64,000 nucleotides of DNA from a bacterium (lineage in GTDB: Bacteria; Patescibacteriota; Microgenomatia; Daviesbacterales; UBA10151), in NCBI GenBank assembly GCA_021786105.1, contig JAJYNW010000005.1, positions 1 to 64,000 on the forward strand. Direction: 5' to 3'. The stretch's first letter is position 1; each line of letters opens with the position of its first letter. Under the pieces are notes generated by a model. That model did not search any database and was not told where the DNA came from. It saw only the letters and a program-made list of their open reading frames with translations. This document shows, piece after piece, positions 39,265-48,494 of this stretch. The position numbers and the translations under genes were made by a program.

Positions 39265-39999
39265 CTAATCCGGTTTCTTTTTAACAACAAAGGTAAAGAG
39301 GAGGACTCCGGAAAGGATGAAAGCAAGACCCCCTCCAATAATGGACATTTTTTGGATGGGGGAACCTTGAGCTTGGGGTTTAGGGGAAGATGTGGGTGTC
39401 AGGGTAACAGTAGCTGAACTTGTGCCCAAGATAGAAGAAGGGAGGTTGGTGCTGGAAGTGTACAACTTTACCTCTTTTTTAGTTGTAGGGTGGGGAGTTG
39501 GTGTAAGTGTAGGTAATCTAGTAGGGGTAGGAGTTTTAGTTGGGGTGGGGGTGTGAGAAGGAGTAGGAGTATTGGTAGGGCCAGGTGTGGGGGTTGAGGT
39601 TGGGGTAGGAGTGGCAGTTGGTGTTGGGGTGGGGGAAGGGGCTACTAAGTTAAAGTTCCAAGTTGAGCTCCAGTCGCTCCATGTTCCAGATGAATCCTTG
39701 GCTTTTACTCTCCAATACCAGGTTCCTTCTGATAAACCTGATGGTGTATAAGATGCATTGTTAGGATCGTAATCTTTGTCAATGGATGCAAAAGTCTGAT
39801 CGTCATCTACCTGGACGCGATAGTGATCACCGGAATAAAGGGTATAAGTTGGCACCTCCCAAGCCATGGTGGTAGTGGTAACACTAGAGCCGTTTTCAGG
39901 TGAGGTTTGAGTTGGAGCATCAGTGGCGAAAGCAGGCAGGGTTACGATAAAAAAGCTGAAAGATATCAATGAAGTCAGGAGAATAATTATTACCTTCAC
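39265..39999 (-). CDS. Exported Ig/FN3-like protein with Pro-Thr stalk and C-terminal TM
   Basis: Signal peptide, YRVQVDDD..F, WYWRVKA...WSDWS, PT repeats, C-terminal TM followed by KKK. Confidence 0.78.
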   Translation of the reverse strand: MKVIIILLTSLISFSFFIVTLPAFATDAPTQTSPENGSSVTTTTMAWEVPTYTLYSGDHYRVQVDDDQTFASIDKDYDPNNASYTPSGLSEGTWYWRVKAKDSSGTWSDWSSTWNFNLVAPSPTPTPTATPTPTSTPTPGPTNTPTPSHTPTPTKTPTPTRLPTLTPTPHPTTKKEVKLYTSSTNLPSSILGTSSATVTLTPTSSPKPQAQGSPIQKMSIIGGGLAFILSGVLLFTFVVKKKPD

Positions 40000-40040
40000 T
40001 TACCTTATAGTATCACATCTACAAGATATAATACTTTAAG

Positions 40041-41258
40041 TTATGGGATATGCCAGTATAAAGTGACGTAGCCGTTGCCGTGATCGATGGCAATGCCTTT
40101 CCCGACAGTTCCTGTTAAATAGCAGGCGGACGAGTCACGGAATTCATAGGCTGTTCCGTCCGCCACCGCTTTTATGGGCGCTCCGAAATAATCTACAATA
40201 TCCAATCCTGTATGATAGCTGCCTCCCAAAATGTTATACCAGATCGGAAACCGGGTCGAAATATCACCGTTATGGCAATAATCTGCCTGGCTGCAATCGC
40301 CGGCAGGATATTCAGCTAACGGACTGCCAAAAAATCCGGAATCAAGTAACGGTTTAGGATCAACGAGATTTTCTTTACCGATGATTGAATTATTCTCAAT
40401 ATGGGCTGGGGTCATCACCTGAAAATGGAGATGGGCTCCGGTGGTGCAGCCACTCATACCCACGGAAGCTATAATCTCACCCTTCTTCACTGGTCCGACT
40501 TTGGCTCCAAAACCTCCTAAAGCACGGGAAATAGAGTTGGCATCCGCCTGCAACTGCGCAATTAATGACTGGTATTTAGCTTCATTATTTTGGGTAACCC
40601 GTAAAAGGTCATCCTTAGCTTTTTTCTGGTCTGCAAGCTGGGCTTGGTAAGTTACCAAATCCTTCTTTAGCTTTTCCTCCTGGGCCTGTCTGGTTTCTTT
40701 ATCCGTCTTTTGGTCATGGTAGGCAGCTTTAGTTGCTTGAAGCTGGTAGAGAACTTTCTTGTCGTTCTCCTGGGCAACCTGGATATATTTCATCCTTTCC
40801 AACAGGTCGGCAAAACCGTTGGAGGAGAAGAAGAGATCTATGGGGGAATAATCCCCATATTTATATGTTTGGACTATCCGGTTAAGAAGGATTTGGGCAA
40901 TGCTGTCAACGCTGCTGGAAAGCTTGGTAATTCTTCCGGAAAGGTCAGTAATTTCCTTGTCTAATTTTGCAATTTGGGCATTGGCTTCATCCATCTTTAG
41001 TTGGGTGAATTTGGTTTGGGCATCAATGTAATTGAGTTGGGATTTAAGGGTTTTTTCCTTACTTTGTTCACCATTTAATAACTGCTGACATTGGGCCGTT
41101 AATCCGGCAATACACGCATATCTGTTGCCGGGGTCAGGATCTATGCATTGTGAACTATCTCCGCAGGAAACTTGGGCGAAGGCTGGATTAGCACTAAAGA
41201 AGGCGGTTAAAAGCAGAGGAATTATTAAGAGATGACGAATTTTAGGGGAGACTACCAT
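40041..41258 (-). CDS. PcsB/EnvC-like coiled-coil protein with circularly permuted M23 peptidase domain
   Basis: Signal peptide, 4-Cys cap, long coiled coil; TGAHLHF precedes HTGLD...IDHGNGYVTLYWH. Confidence 0.85.
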   Translation of the reverse strand: MVVSPKIRHLLIIPLLLTAFFSANPAFAQVSCGDSSQCIDPDPGNRYACIAGLTAQCQQLLNGEQSKEKTLKSQLNYIDAQTKFTQLKMDEANAQIAKLDKEITDLSGRITKLSSSVDSIAQILLNRIVQTYKYGDYSPIDLFFSSNGFADLLERMKYIQVAQENDKKVLYQLQATKAAYHDQKTDKETRQAQEEKLKKDLVTYQAQLADQKKAKDDLLRVTQNNEAKYQSLIAQLQADANSISRALGGFGAKVGPVKKGEIIASVGMSGCTTGAHLHFQVMTPAHIENNSIIGKENLVDPKPLLDSGFFGSPLAEYPAGDCSQADYCHNGDISTRFPIWYNILGGSYHTGLDIVDYFGAPIKAVADGTAYEFRDSSACYLTGTVGKGIAIDHGNGYVTLYWHIP

Positions 41259-41261
41259 GTC

Positions 41262-42491
41262 TTAATAAGTAATGATTTCAGTAATGTAGTTTCCGGAATA
41301 GTTACTCTTAAAGGAAACGTTAGGACCTTTCCAAGGATCAAGTAAATTATAATCATCACCATTTTTGGAGGTGACAACTACAAAATGGAATGGTTGGGCA
41401 TAAGTACTTGAAGTATACCCAATTCCCACAATTGCCCATTTGCCGGCGCTTAAGGCGTTATCCAGTGTTGAAGTGTTGGTTGTCCGGGAGGGGGAATTAA
41501 AGCCTAAAGAGGTTAGGGCAGACCACAAAAAGTCTCCGTCAAAGAAATAGGAATCGTTGCTGCCGATAGTGGCTGGGGTTTGGGAATTGCCGCGGTGGGT
41601 TAAAACCATAGCTACCGAAGAAACCAGACAACCGGCTAGACCAATAGAGTACCGGCTGTTGCCGATAGCCATATTTCCCCATCGGACATCACGTTGGGAA
41701 AAATAACCTGCCGGCCAAGAGGGATCGGCGTTGATTAAGGTTAAGCCTCCCTGACTCTGAACGAATGACCGGAAGGCAGCCAGCTGGGCTTCTGCTTGGG
41801 CAATCAATTTTTCGTAATTAGACTCATCACCCTGGGTTGCTGCCAATAACTGTTGTTTAGCCTTTTTCTGGTCAGCCAGTTGGGTTTGGTATACCACCAA
41901 ATCTTTCTTTAGCTTTTCCTCCTGGGCCTGTCTTGTTTCCTTGTCCGTTTTTTGGTCATGGTAGGCAGCTTTGGTGGCCTGAAGCTGGTATAACACTTTT
42001 TTATCATTGGCTTGGGCAACCTGGATATACTTCATTCTTTCCAACAGGTCGGCAAAACCATGGGAAGAAAAGATTAAATCTAAGATAGAGGGCTCTCCTT
42101 GCTTGTATGTCTGGGTGATCCGGACCAGCAGTAGTTCGGAGATGCTGTCCACATTGGCAGAGAGCTTGGTAATTCTTCCGGAAAGATCGGTTATTTCTGT
42201 TTCCAGTTTGGTAATCTGATAATTTGTATCGTCGATTTTGGCCTGAGTCAATCTGGTTTGCGCATCGATATAATCAAGCTGGGATTTAAGGGTTTTTTCC
42301 TGGCTTTTGGCTGCACTTAATCGGGATTCACAGTCATCTTTTACTTGTTGGTAACAGCTATGAGGGTCGGAGTCGCTTGCGCAACTATCCCCATCTCCGC
42401 AACTTTTAGCCAATGCAGAGGTTGGGGTAAAAATGAGAAGCATTAAAAAAGAGGTCACAACAACCAAGACAGAAATTCTCATACATGGCAT
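41262..42491 (-). CDS. PcsB-like coiled-coil protein with C39-like papain-fold peptidase domain
   Basis: Same stalk as its neighbour; YFSQRD.RW, GCLVSSVAM (Cys), HFVVV (His), DPW (Asp). Confidence 0.83.
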   Translation of the reverse strand: MPCMRISVLVVVTSFLMLLIFTPTSALAKSCGDGDSCASDSDPHSCYQQVKDDCESRLSAAKSQEKTLKSQLDYIDAQTRLTQAKIDDTNYQITKLETEITDLSGRITKLSANVDSISELLLVRITQTYKQGEPSILDLIFSSHGFADLLERMKYIQVAQANDKKVLYQLQATKAAYHDQKTDKETRQAQEEKLKKDLVVYQTQLADQKKAKQQLLAATQGDESNYEKLIAQAEAQLAAFRSFVQSQGGLTLINADPSWPAGYFSQRDVRWGNMAIGNSRYSIGLAGCLVSSVAMVLTHRGNSQTPATIGSNDSYFFDGDFLWSALTSLGFNSPSRTTNTSTLDNALSAGKWAIVGIGYTSSTYAQPFHFVVVTSKNGDDYNLLDPWKGPNVSFKSNYSGNYITEIITY

Positions 42492-43366
42492 TAAATTCTC
42501 AGGTAGCGGCGAACAGCCACAAAGGCTCCGACTCCGCCCACAAGTATTGCTACAACTACTTCGACGCCCAGAAGTCCTAGTAATAATACCGGAGAGAGTG
42601 CAAAGAATTGTCCAGCGGCTTCTCCTAAATTATTCCGCAAGACCGGTTCGAAATACCATAAAACTGCAAATGAGGTAATCCATCCTAAAAAGGCCCCAAT
42701 TAAGGCATAAACCACACCTTCCGTAATATAGGGAATACGGATAAACCAGGTGGAGGCGCCTAGAAGTTTCATGATTTCAATCTCGCTTCTTTTGATCCTG
42801 ATCTTAAAACCCACCACCATAACAATGATTAGAGTAGAGAAGGTAATTAAAAATCCCACAACTGCGCTACCGACAACCCTGATTAATCTTGTTGCTGATA
42901 CTAAAGAAGAGACGACATCTTCCGGAAAGACAACCTCCTCCACCACCGGTTCTTTCTTGACGATTTCGGCTACAGGTTTTAGATCCTCTGGGGTTTGGGT
43001 GGAAATCTCCAGGGAAGCAGGTAAGATATTGGCAGTTACCAATTCGAGCAACATGGGGTTATTTTTATTGCGTTCCCTATATATTTGCAAAGCATCATCT
43101 TTAGAAACAAATTTTAATTTAGTGACTTTACCGGTTTGGTTTAATGCGCCTTCGATTGCGTTTACATCTTGGTCAGTGGTACCATCTTTAAAGAAAGCAA
43201 TTGCCTGGGGTTTGCTCTCATAATACCTGAGGATTTGCTGGGAACAGATGGCCAAAAGTAAAAATCCGGAAAGAGTTAAGAAAGTTAAGAACATCACCAT
43301 GGAAGCAGCGAGTGCCTGGTAAGGTGTTCTCCTAATATTCTTTTTTACTGTGTTAAATAAATTCAT
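42491..43366 (-). CDS. ftsX: Cell division permease FtsX
   Basis: TM1, extracellular loop FVSKDDAL...LPAS, EIEIMKLLGA..WFIR.PY..EG. Confidence 0.93.
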   Translation of the reverse strand: MNLFNTVKKNIRRTPYQALAASMVMFLTFLTLSGFLLLAICSQQILRYYESKPQAIAFFKDGTTDQDVNAIEGALNQTGKVTKLKFVSKDDALQIYRERNKNNPMLLELVTANILPASLEISTQTPEDLKPVAEIVKKEPVVEEVVFPEDVVSSLVSATRLIRVVGSAVVGFLITFSTLIIVMVVGFKIRIKRSEIEIMKLLGASTWFIRIPYITEGVVYALIGAFLGWITSFAVLWYFEPVLRNNLGEAAGQFFALSPVLLLGLLGVEVVVAILVGGVGAFVAVRRYLRI

Positions 43367-43430
43367 TTTTAGTAGGGCTACCTTTTGACTTCGTCAAAAC
43401 GATCCTGTTGAAAATAGTTTACAACTATTT

Positions 43431-44114
43431 TCAATGAAACTCGTATTTTCCTTCTGTTTTGTCTTTGGTTACTTTGCCGTTTTTAATGGCAATGACCCGG
43501 CGTTTTTGCATATCAACAATTTCTTTATTGTGGGTGGCCATGACTACAGTTGTTCCCCATGAGTTGATCTCATTTAAAAGTTGCAGCACGGACCAGGATG
43601 TTTGTGGATCCAAGTTTCCAGTTGGTTCATCAGCAATTAATACTTTGGGTTTGCCGATAATTGCCCGGGCAATAGCTACCCGTTGGGCTTCGCCTCCGGA
43701 AAGCTGGCGGGGAAAAAGGTTCCGCCTGTCCCAGATTTCAAAAAGTTTAAGGGTCCGCTCAACTTCTTTATGAATCTCAGCTTCCGGGGTGTTTCTGACC
43801 TGTAAAGCCAAGGCCACATTTTCAAAAACAGTTTTGTCATCCAATAGTTTATTGTCCTGAAAGACAAAACCAATTTTTCTCCGGTACTCGGGAATGTCCT
43901 GCGGCTTTATTTTGGTGATATCAACATCATCTAGGAGGATTTTGCCTGAATTGGGCAGGTATTCCCTGGTTAAAAGCCTGAGTAAAGTAGATTTCCCGGC
44001 ACCCGAAGGTCCAACAACAAAAACAAATTCCCCGTTTTTAATCTCTAGATTAATATCCTCAAGGGCAGTAATTGATGAGCTAAATTTTTTAGAGACATTT
44101 TGAAAAGAGATCAT
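43431..44114 (-). CDS. ftsE: Cell division ATP-binding protein FtsE
   Basis: GPSGAGKS, RRKIGFVFQD, LSGGE, ADEPTGNLD, ATHN; directly upstream of ftsX. Confidence 0.94.
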   Translation of the reverse strand: MISFQNVSKKFSSSITALEDINLEIKNGEFVFVVGPSGAGKSTLLRLLTREYLPNSGKILLDDVDITKIKPQDIPEYRRKIGFVFQDNKLLDDKTVFENVALALQVRNTPEAEIHKEVERTLKLFEIWDRRNLFPRQLSGGEAQRVAIARAIIGKPKVLIADEPTGNLDPQTSWSVLQLLNEINSWGTTVVMATHNKEIVDMQKRRVIAIKNGKVTKDKTEGKYEFH

Positions 44115-44120
44115 CGAGCT

Positions 44121-44552
44121 TCATTTAACTTCTACTTTACCCACATCCATCAGCCAACCTTCTTTAATGGCTTTTTGTGTTTCCCCAAAAACCTTAACCT
44201 TTTTACCTTCGTATTGGCTTAAATCAACTACGGATGAAGTAAGGGCTACAGGCACAGCTCCGTCCCGAATTAGTAAATGTGTGCCTTCACTGTAATCATC
44301 CCCCTTTGAATCATCTTTTTTCTGGATTGTGCCTTCAGCAAAATCTCGGAAGGTGCGGTTGTCTTGTTGGGCTGTTTTGGCAACTTGGGTTGTTGCTGCC
44401 GTAGAAGAAGCAGCTTTTCCTTTTGCGGAACCTGCAAAAAGATATCCGGATGCGGCGCCTAAAACAACAGAAAGAACGAGAATAGAGATAAAAATCTTGT
44501 TTAAGCTGAAGTTACTCAAAGTTTTGAGAGGCAAAGTGACAGGGTTTTGCAT
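44121..44552 (-). CDS. Hypothetical membrane-anchored protein with small beta (OB-like) domain
   Basis: N-terminal TM, EGTHLL, LTSSVVDLSQYEGKKVKVFG. Confidence 0.65.
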   Translation of the reverse strand: MQNPVTLPLKTLSNFSLNKIFISILVLSVVLGAASGYLFAGSAKGKAASSTAATTQVAKTAQQDNRTFRDFAEGTIQKKDDSKGDDYSEGTHLLIRDGAVPVALTSSVVDLSQYEGKKVKVFGETQKAIKEGWLMDVGKVEVK

Positions 44553-44601
44553 GTAGGTTTATTGTAACCATTTTGGAATCGATTTGTCCAGACCTGACTG
44601 G

Positions 44602-45678
44602 TTATTTCCCAAAGCTGCGAAGTTCCGATTCGATAAATTGGTCCAAGTCGCCGTCCAAAACTGCATCCGTATCGGAAGTTTCTGCTTCTGTTCTTAAGTC
44701 TTTAACCATATGATAAGGATGCAAGACATAAGAACGGATCTGGGTTCCCCAGGAAGCCTGGGTTTTCCCGCCTTTTAATTCAGCTTCAGTTTTCTTTTCT
44801 TCTTCTTGTTTCCTTGCCCAAAGTTTAGCCCGAAGGAGAGCCATGGCGTTTTCCCGGTTTTGCAGCTGTGACCGTTCAGTTTGGCAGGTAACCACAATAC
44901 CTGTAGGGATATGCTTTAACCTCACCGCAGTATTTACCTTGTTAACATTTTGGCCTCCGGCACCCCCAGATCTAAAGGCTTCAAACTCAATCTCGTCCGG
45001 CTTGATTTCAACCTCGGTCTCGTTTTCGATAACCGGCAGGACTTCCACTAAGGCAAAGGAAGTTTGACGAAGGTTATCAGCATTGAAAGGGGACTGGCGG
45101 ACTAGGCGGTGTGTTCCGGCTTCACCTTTGAGATAGCCATAGGCATATGATGCATGCACAATCATTGAGATGGACTTATAACCTGCTTCCTCCCCGAAAC
45201 TTTCATCAGTGATTTCGTATTTCCAGCCCTTACGCTCAAAATAGCGCTGGTACATCCGGGCAAGCATTGCGGCCCAATCCATCGCTTCGACCCCACCAGC
45301 TCCTGCATGAACTGATAAGATTGCTTCTGATTCATCATGGGGACCGGAAAGGAAAAGCCGAAGTTCGAGGTTATCCAGAAACTCCTCAATTTCATTTGCT
45401 TCCTTTTCTAAATCCTGCTGCATCTCTGATTCGTTGGATAACTCCACTGCATTATTAATTCTGTTTTCCAGTTCGTCCAACGCTCCGAGAAGCTTTTGCT
45501 TTTCCGAAAGATCCTGGGAGACTTTACGGGCGGTTTCCTGGTCATTCCAAAAATCAGAGTGGTTCATCTGGGCTTCCAGTTCACGGATTTCGGCACGTAT
45601 TTTATCCCGGTCAAATTGACAGACAACTTTAGTAAACCTTTCCTTTAGATCATTTAGTTTTTTCTGCAGCTCTTCCAT
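44602..45678 (-). CDS. prfB: Peptide chain release factor 2, single uninterrupted ORF
   Basis: GAGG, SPF anticodon motif, [11 protein letters not shown]. Confidence 0.96.
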   Translation of the reverse strand: MEELQKKLNDLKERFTKVVCQFDRDKIRAEIRELEAQMNHSDFWNDQETARKVSQDLSEKQKLLGALDELENRINNAVELSNESEMQQDLEKEANEIEEFLDNLELRLFLSGPHDESEAILSVHAGAGGVEAMDWAAMLARMYQRYFERKGWKYEITDESFGEEAGYKSISMIVHASYAYGYLKGEAGTHRLVRQSPFNADNLRQTSFALVEVLPVIENETEVEIKPDEIEFEAFRSGGAGGQNVNKVNTAVRLKHIPTGIVVTCQTERSQLQNRENAMALLRAKLWARKQEEEKKTEAELKGGKTQASWGTQIRSYVLHPYHMVKDLRTEAETSDTDAVLDGDLDQFIESELRSFGK

Positions 45679-45737
45679 AAGTATGAGGGAATTATATCAG
45701 GTTTAAAATTGGAGGTGTCGCAGAGAGGCAGAAGTTA

Positions 45738-46061
45738 TTAGCCTTGTAAAGACCTTTGATGGCGGCCTCTCCTGGCTTTTTGTCTTCCAATCTCTAGCCA
45801 TTCCATAACTTGCTCGCGAGGTGAAAATACTAATTCCTCATCAGATATTTGGAGAAGTTTAGTAATCTTATCAAATAGCTCTTCTGAAGGAGAATATTTA
45901 TTGCCCTCAATTTGACTAATATGACTTGGCCTGTAATTTCCTAAATCTTTGGCAAAATCTTCCATATAAATTCCCAGAAACCACCTTCTGGATCTTATTC
46001 TAGTCCCCAATGGTATTTCACCTTCAGAAGGAATAGTAGGCTCTGTCTCTCTTCTTCCCAT
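45738..46061 (-). CDS. XRE-family helix-turn-helix protein
   Basis: LGTRIRSRR..LG...FA..LG....ISQIE....PS. Confidence 0.75.
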   Translation of the reverse strand: MGRRETEPTIPSEGEIPLGTRIRSRRWFLGIYMEDFAKDLGNYRPSHISQIEGNKYSPSEELFDKITKLLQISDEELVFSPREQVMEWLEIGRQKARRGRHQRSLQG

Positions 46062-46140
46062 AATTCTGGTAGTTTAACATGAATTAGCCGTAAAAGCAAT
46101 TATTATAGGTTATAATACACAAGGATAGTATAATTATTTT

Positions 46141-46449
46141 ATGGTTTTGTATATTAATACCAAAGATATGAATGTAGTGACTGTGGCCTTGAAGGAAGGT
46201 GAAGAGGTAGTGGATTCTTTGAGTGAGGAAAACGAATGGGGGTCACAAGTCCTTTTGCCGTTGATTGAGAAAATACTTAAAAAGAATAAGTTGGAGTTTA
46301 AGGATTTAACTGCAATTGAAGCGGAAGAGGGACCGGGGTCTTTTACCGGACTGCGGGTGGGCGCTTCGGTTGCCCAGGCTTTAGGATTTTCCTTGAATAT
46401 CCCGGTTAATGGAAAACTTAACAAACCCCTAGACCTTAAGTATACTTAG
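46141..46449 (+). CDS. tsaB: TsaB-like protein, N-terminal lobe only (102 aa)
   Basis: LYINT, SQVLLPLI, GPGSFTGLRVG. Confidence 0.88.
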   Translation: MVLYINTKDMNVVTVALKEGEEVVDSLSEENEWGSQVLLPLIEKILKKNKLEFKDLTAIEAEEGPGSFTGLRVGASVAQALGFSLNIPVNGKLNKPLDLKYT

Positions 46450-46452
46450 GGA

Positions 46453-47346
46453 GTGAAGAAAAAAATCCTTCATTATTTTATCCCCCACACTGAAACCCAC
46501 CAGAAGGCTCATCTTCTATCCTGGAAATACTTATTTATTTACCTTTTATTATTTGTTCTGCTGCGGACGGTAATTGATGTTGTTAATGTTTACCGGCCGG
46601 GTGTTTTAGGGATTAGCTCCAATATCAGCGTTTCCCGGATTATTGAAGATACTAACAAAGAAAGACAGAAAGCCGGGTTGCCGTCCGTTTCTGAAAATAC
46701 CGAATTGGATGAGGCGGCGATGGCCAAAGCCAAAAACATGTTTGCGGAGAATTACTGGGCGCATTTTTCTCCATCCGGTAAAGACCCCTGGGGATTTATT
46801 TTGGCTTCCGGCTATAAGTTTTCCTATGCCGGAGAAAATTTGGCCCGTAATTTTTACAACTCGGATGATGTTGTAGTAGCCTGGATGAATTCGCCCTCTC
46901 ACCGGGACAATATTTTAAATTCCCACTACCAGGATATTGGAGTGGCGGTTTTGGATGGGGTATTAAACGGCCAGCAGACTACTTTAGTGGTGCAAATGTT
47001 TGGCAGGAATTATGATTCAGCTGTCCCTGCCCCTCAGGCTGATGCAGGCGGAACCAAATCTAACTTATCTCCGGAAGTTCTCCAGCAACCGCAAACTCCA
47101 CTTGTAGCCGGATCTTCTTCCCAAGCTGTGGCTCCTACCTCTAAACCTTTGTTAGATCCTTATGCCGTAACCAGGACTTCTGGAATTATCTTGCTTTCCT
47201 TTATTTTTATCCTTTTGTCCCTGGACTTTATTATTTTGAAAAAACGGGGAGTGTTCAGGTTGTCTTCACACCATGTAGCGCACTTGGGGCTTATGACTTT
47301 AGGGGGCGCCTCACTTCTTTTGAGTAAGGTTGGGGAGATTCTATGA
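46453..47346 (+). CDS. CAP/SCP-domain membrane protein
   Basis: TNKER, YWAHFSP, AGENLA, WMNSPSHRDNIL, IGVAV, VVQMFG. Confidence 0.9.
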   Translation: MKKKILHYFIPHTETHQKAHLLSWKYLFIYLLLFVLLRTVIDVVNVYRPGVLGISSNISVSRIIEDTNKERQKAGLPSVSENTELDEAAMAKAKNMFAENYWAHFSPSGKDPWGFILASGYKFSYAGENLARNFYNSDDVVVAWMNSPSHRDNILNSHYQDIGVAVLDGVLNGQQTTLVVQMFGRNYDSAVPAPQADAGGTKSNLSPEVLQQPQTPLVAGSSSQAVAPTSKPLLDPYAVTRTSGIILLSFIFILLSLDFIILKKRGVFRLSSHHVAHLGLMTLGGASLLLSKVGEIL

Positions 47347-47615
47347 GAATTTTTAATTTTAAATTTTCAATTTTCAAAAAAGTAAACTTGATGTGGATTT
47401 TTGTAGGAGCTACACCGCTATTTTTGGTGGTTCTTTATTACACCAGGTATTTACCTCAGTTGCAGCTTAAGGTGCTCCTAATTGCCTCGCTTTTTTACCT
47501 GGCTTTAGCCTTTATGTATCACCAAAAGGATAAAACTTTGACATTTGAGATAATTATAGAATATATTCTTATAGCTGCTCTGGCCTTGGTAATTGTACAA
47601 GGCATCTTTTTTTAA
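47343..47615 (+). CDS. Small three-TM hypothetical protein
   Basis: Hydrophobic ORF coupled to its neighbours; YHQKDKTL..IIEY. Confidence 0.6.
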   Translation: MRIFNFKFSIFKKVNLMWIFVGATPLFLVVLYYTRYLPQLQLKVLLIASLFYLALAFMYHQKDKTLTFEIIIEYILIAALALVIVQGIFF

Positions 47616-47618
47616 CCA

Positions 47619-48494
47619 ATGAAAGGTATCATACTTGCAGGCGGTTCCGGAACAAGGCTTTATCCTCTAACTTTGGCTGTCAGTAAACAGCTTTTACCAA
47701 TTTTTGATAAACCGACAATTTATTATCCTTTGTCCACATTAATGCAGGCAGGAATTCGGGATATTTTGATTATTTCTACGGAAAAAGATTTACCAAGATT
47801 TTCTGATTTATTAGGAACAGGAGAAAAGATAGGATGCAATTTTTCTTACAAAGTACAGGCCCAGCCGCGGGGATTGGCCGATGCGTACATTGTAGGGGAA
47901 GAATTTATCGGTCAGGACAAAGTTGCCATGATTTTAGGGGACAATGTTTTTTATGGATCCACTATCGGAAAGAAATTGTCTGATTTTGCCGATGTTGATG
48001 GGGCAGTTGGATTTGCTGCTCCGGTAAATGATCCGCGGAGATATGGAGTTTACGAGTTCGATGACCAGATGAATGTCTTGTCAATTGAGGAGAAACCGGA
48101 ACATCCCAAGTCTAATTATGCCAATGCCGGTTTGTATTTTACTGACAACGAGGTAGTAGAAATTGCTAAAAACGTTAAGCCTTCGGGCCGGGGTGAAATA
48201 GAAATCACCTCAGTTTTAGATGCATATTTAAAAAAGGGGAAGCTTAAAGTTTGTTTATTGGATAGGGGTACCGCTTGGCTGGATACAGGAACCTTTGCCT
48301 CGATGAACCAGGCCTCGCAATTTGTCCAGGTAATTGAAGAGAGGCAGGGTTTAAAGATAGGCTGTATTGAAGAGGTGGCGTATAAAAAAGGCTTTATTAA
48401 TAAGGATCAGTTAATAAAATTAGCTGAGCCTCTTTTGAAAAGTGGCTACGGCCAGTACCTAATGGACATTGCGCAGGAGAAGATAGGTAAATGA
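47619..48494 (+). CDS. rmlA: Glucose-1-phosphate thymidylyltransferase
   Basis: [29 protein letters not shown]. Confidence 0.97.
   Translation: MKGIILAGGSGTRLYPLTLAVSKQLLPIFDKPTIYYPLSTLMQAGIRDILIISTEKDLPRFSDLLGTGEKIGCNFSYKVQAQPRGLADAYIVGEEFIGQDKVAMILGDNVFYGSTIGKKLSDFADVDGAVGFAAPVNDPRRYGVYEFDDQMNVLSIEEKPEHPKSNYANAGLYFTDNEVVEIAKNVKPSGRGEIEITSVLDAYLKKGKLKVCLLDRGTAWLDTGTFASMNQASQFVQVIEERQGLKIGCIEEVAYKKGFINKDQLIKLAEPLLKSGYGQYLMDIAQEKIGK

Noticed and set aside
39480-39640. Tandem DNA repeat
   Set aside because: Degenerate codons of a Pro-Thr protein stalk, not a DNA-level repeat
45738-46061. XRE protein as antitoxin or phage repressor
   Set aside because: No adjacent toxin, peptidase or phage gene
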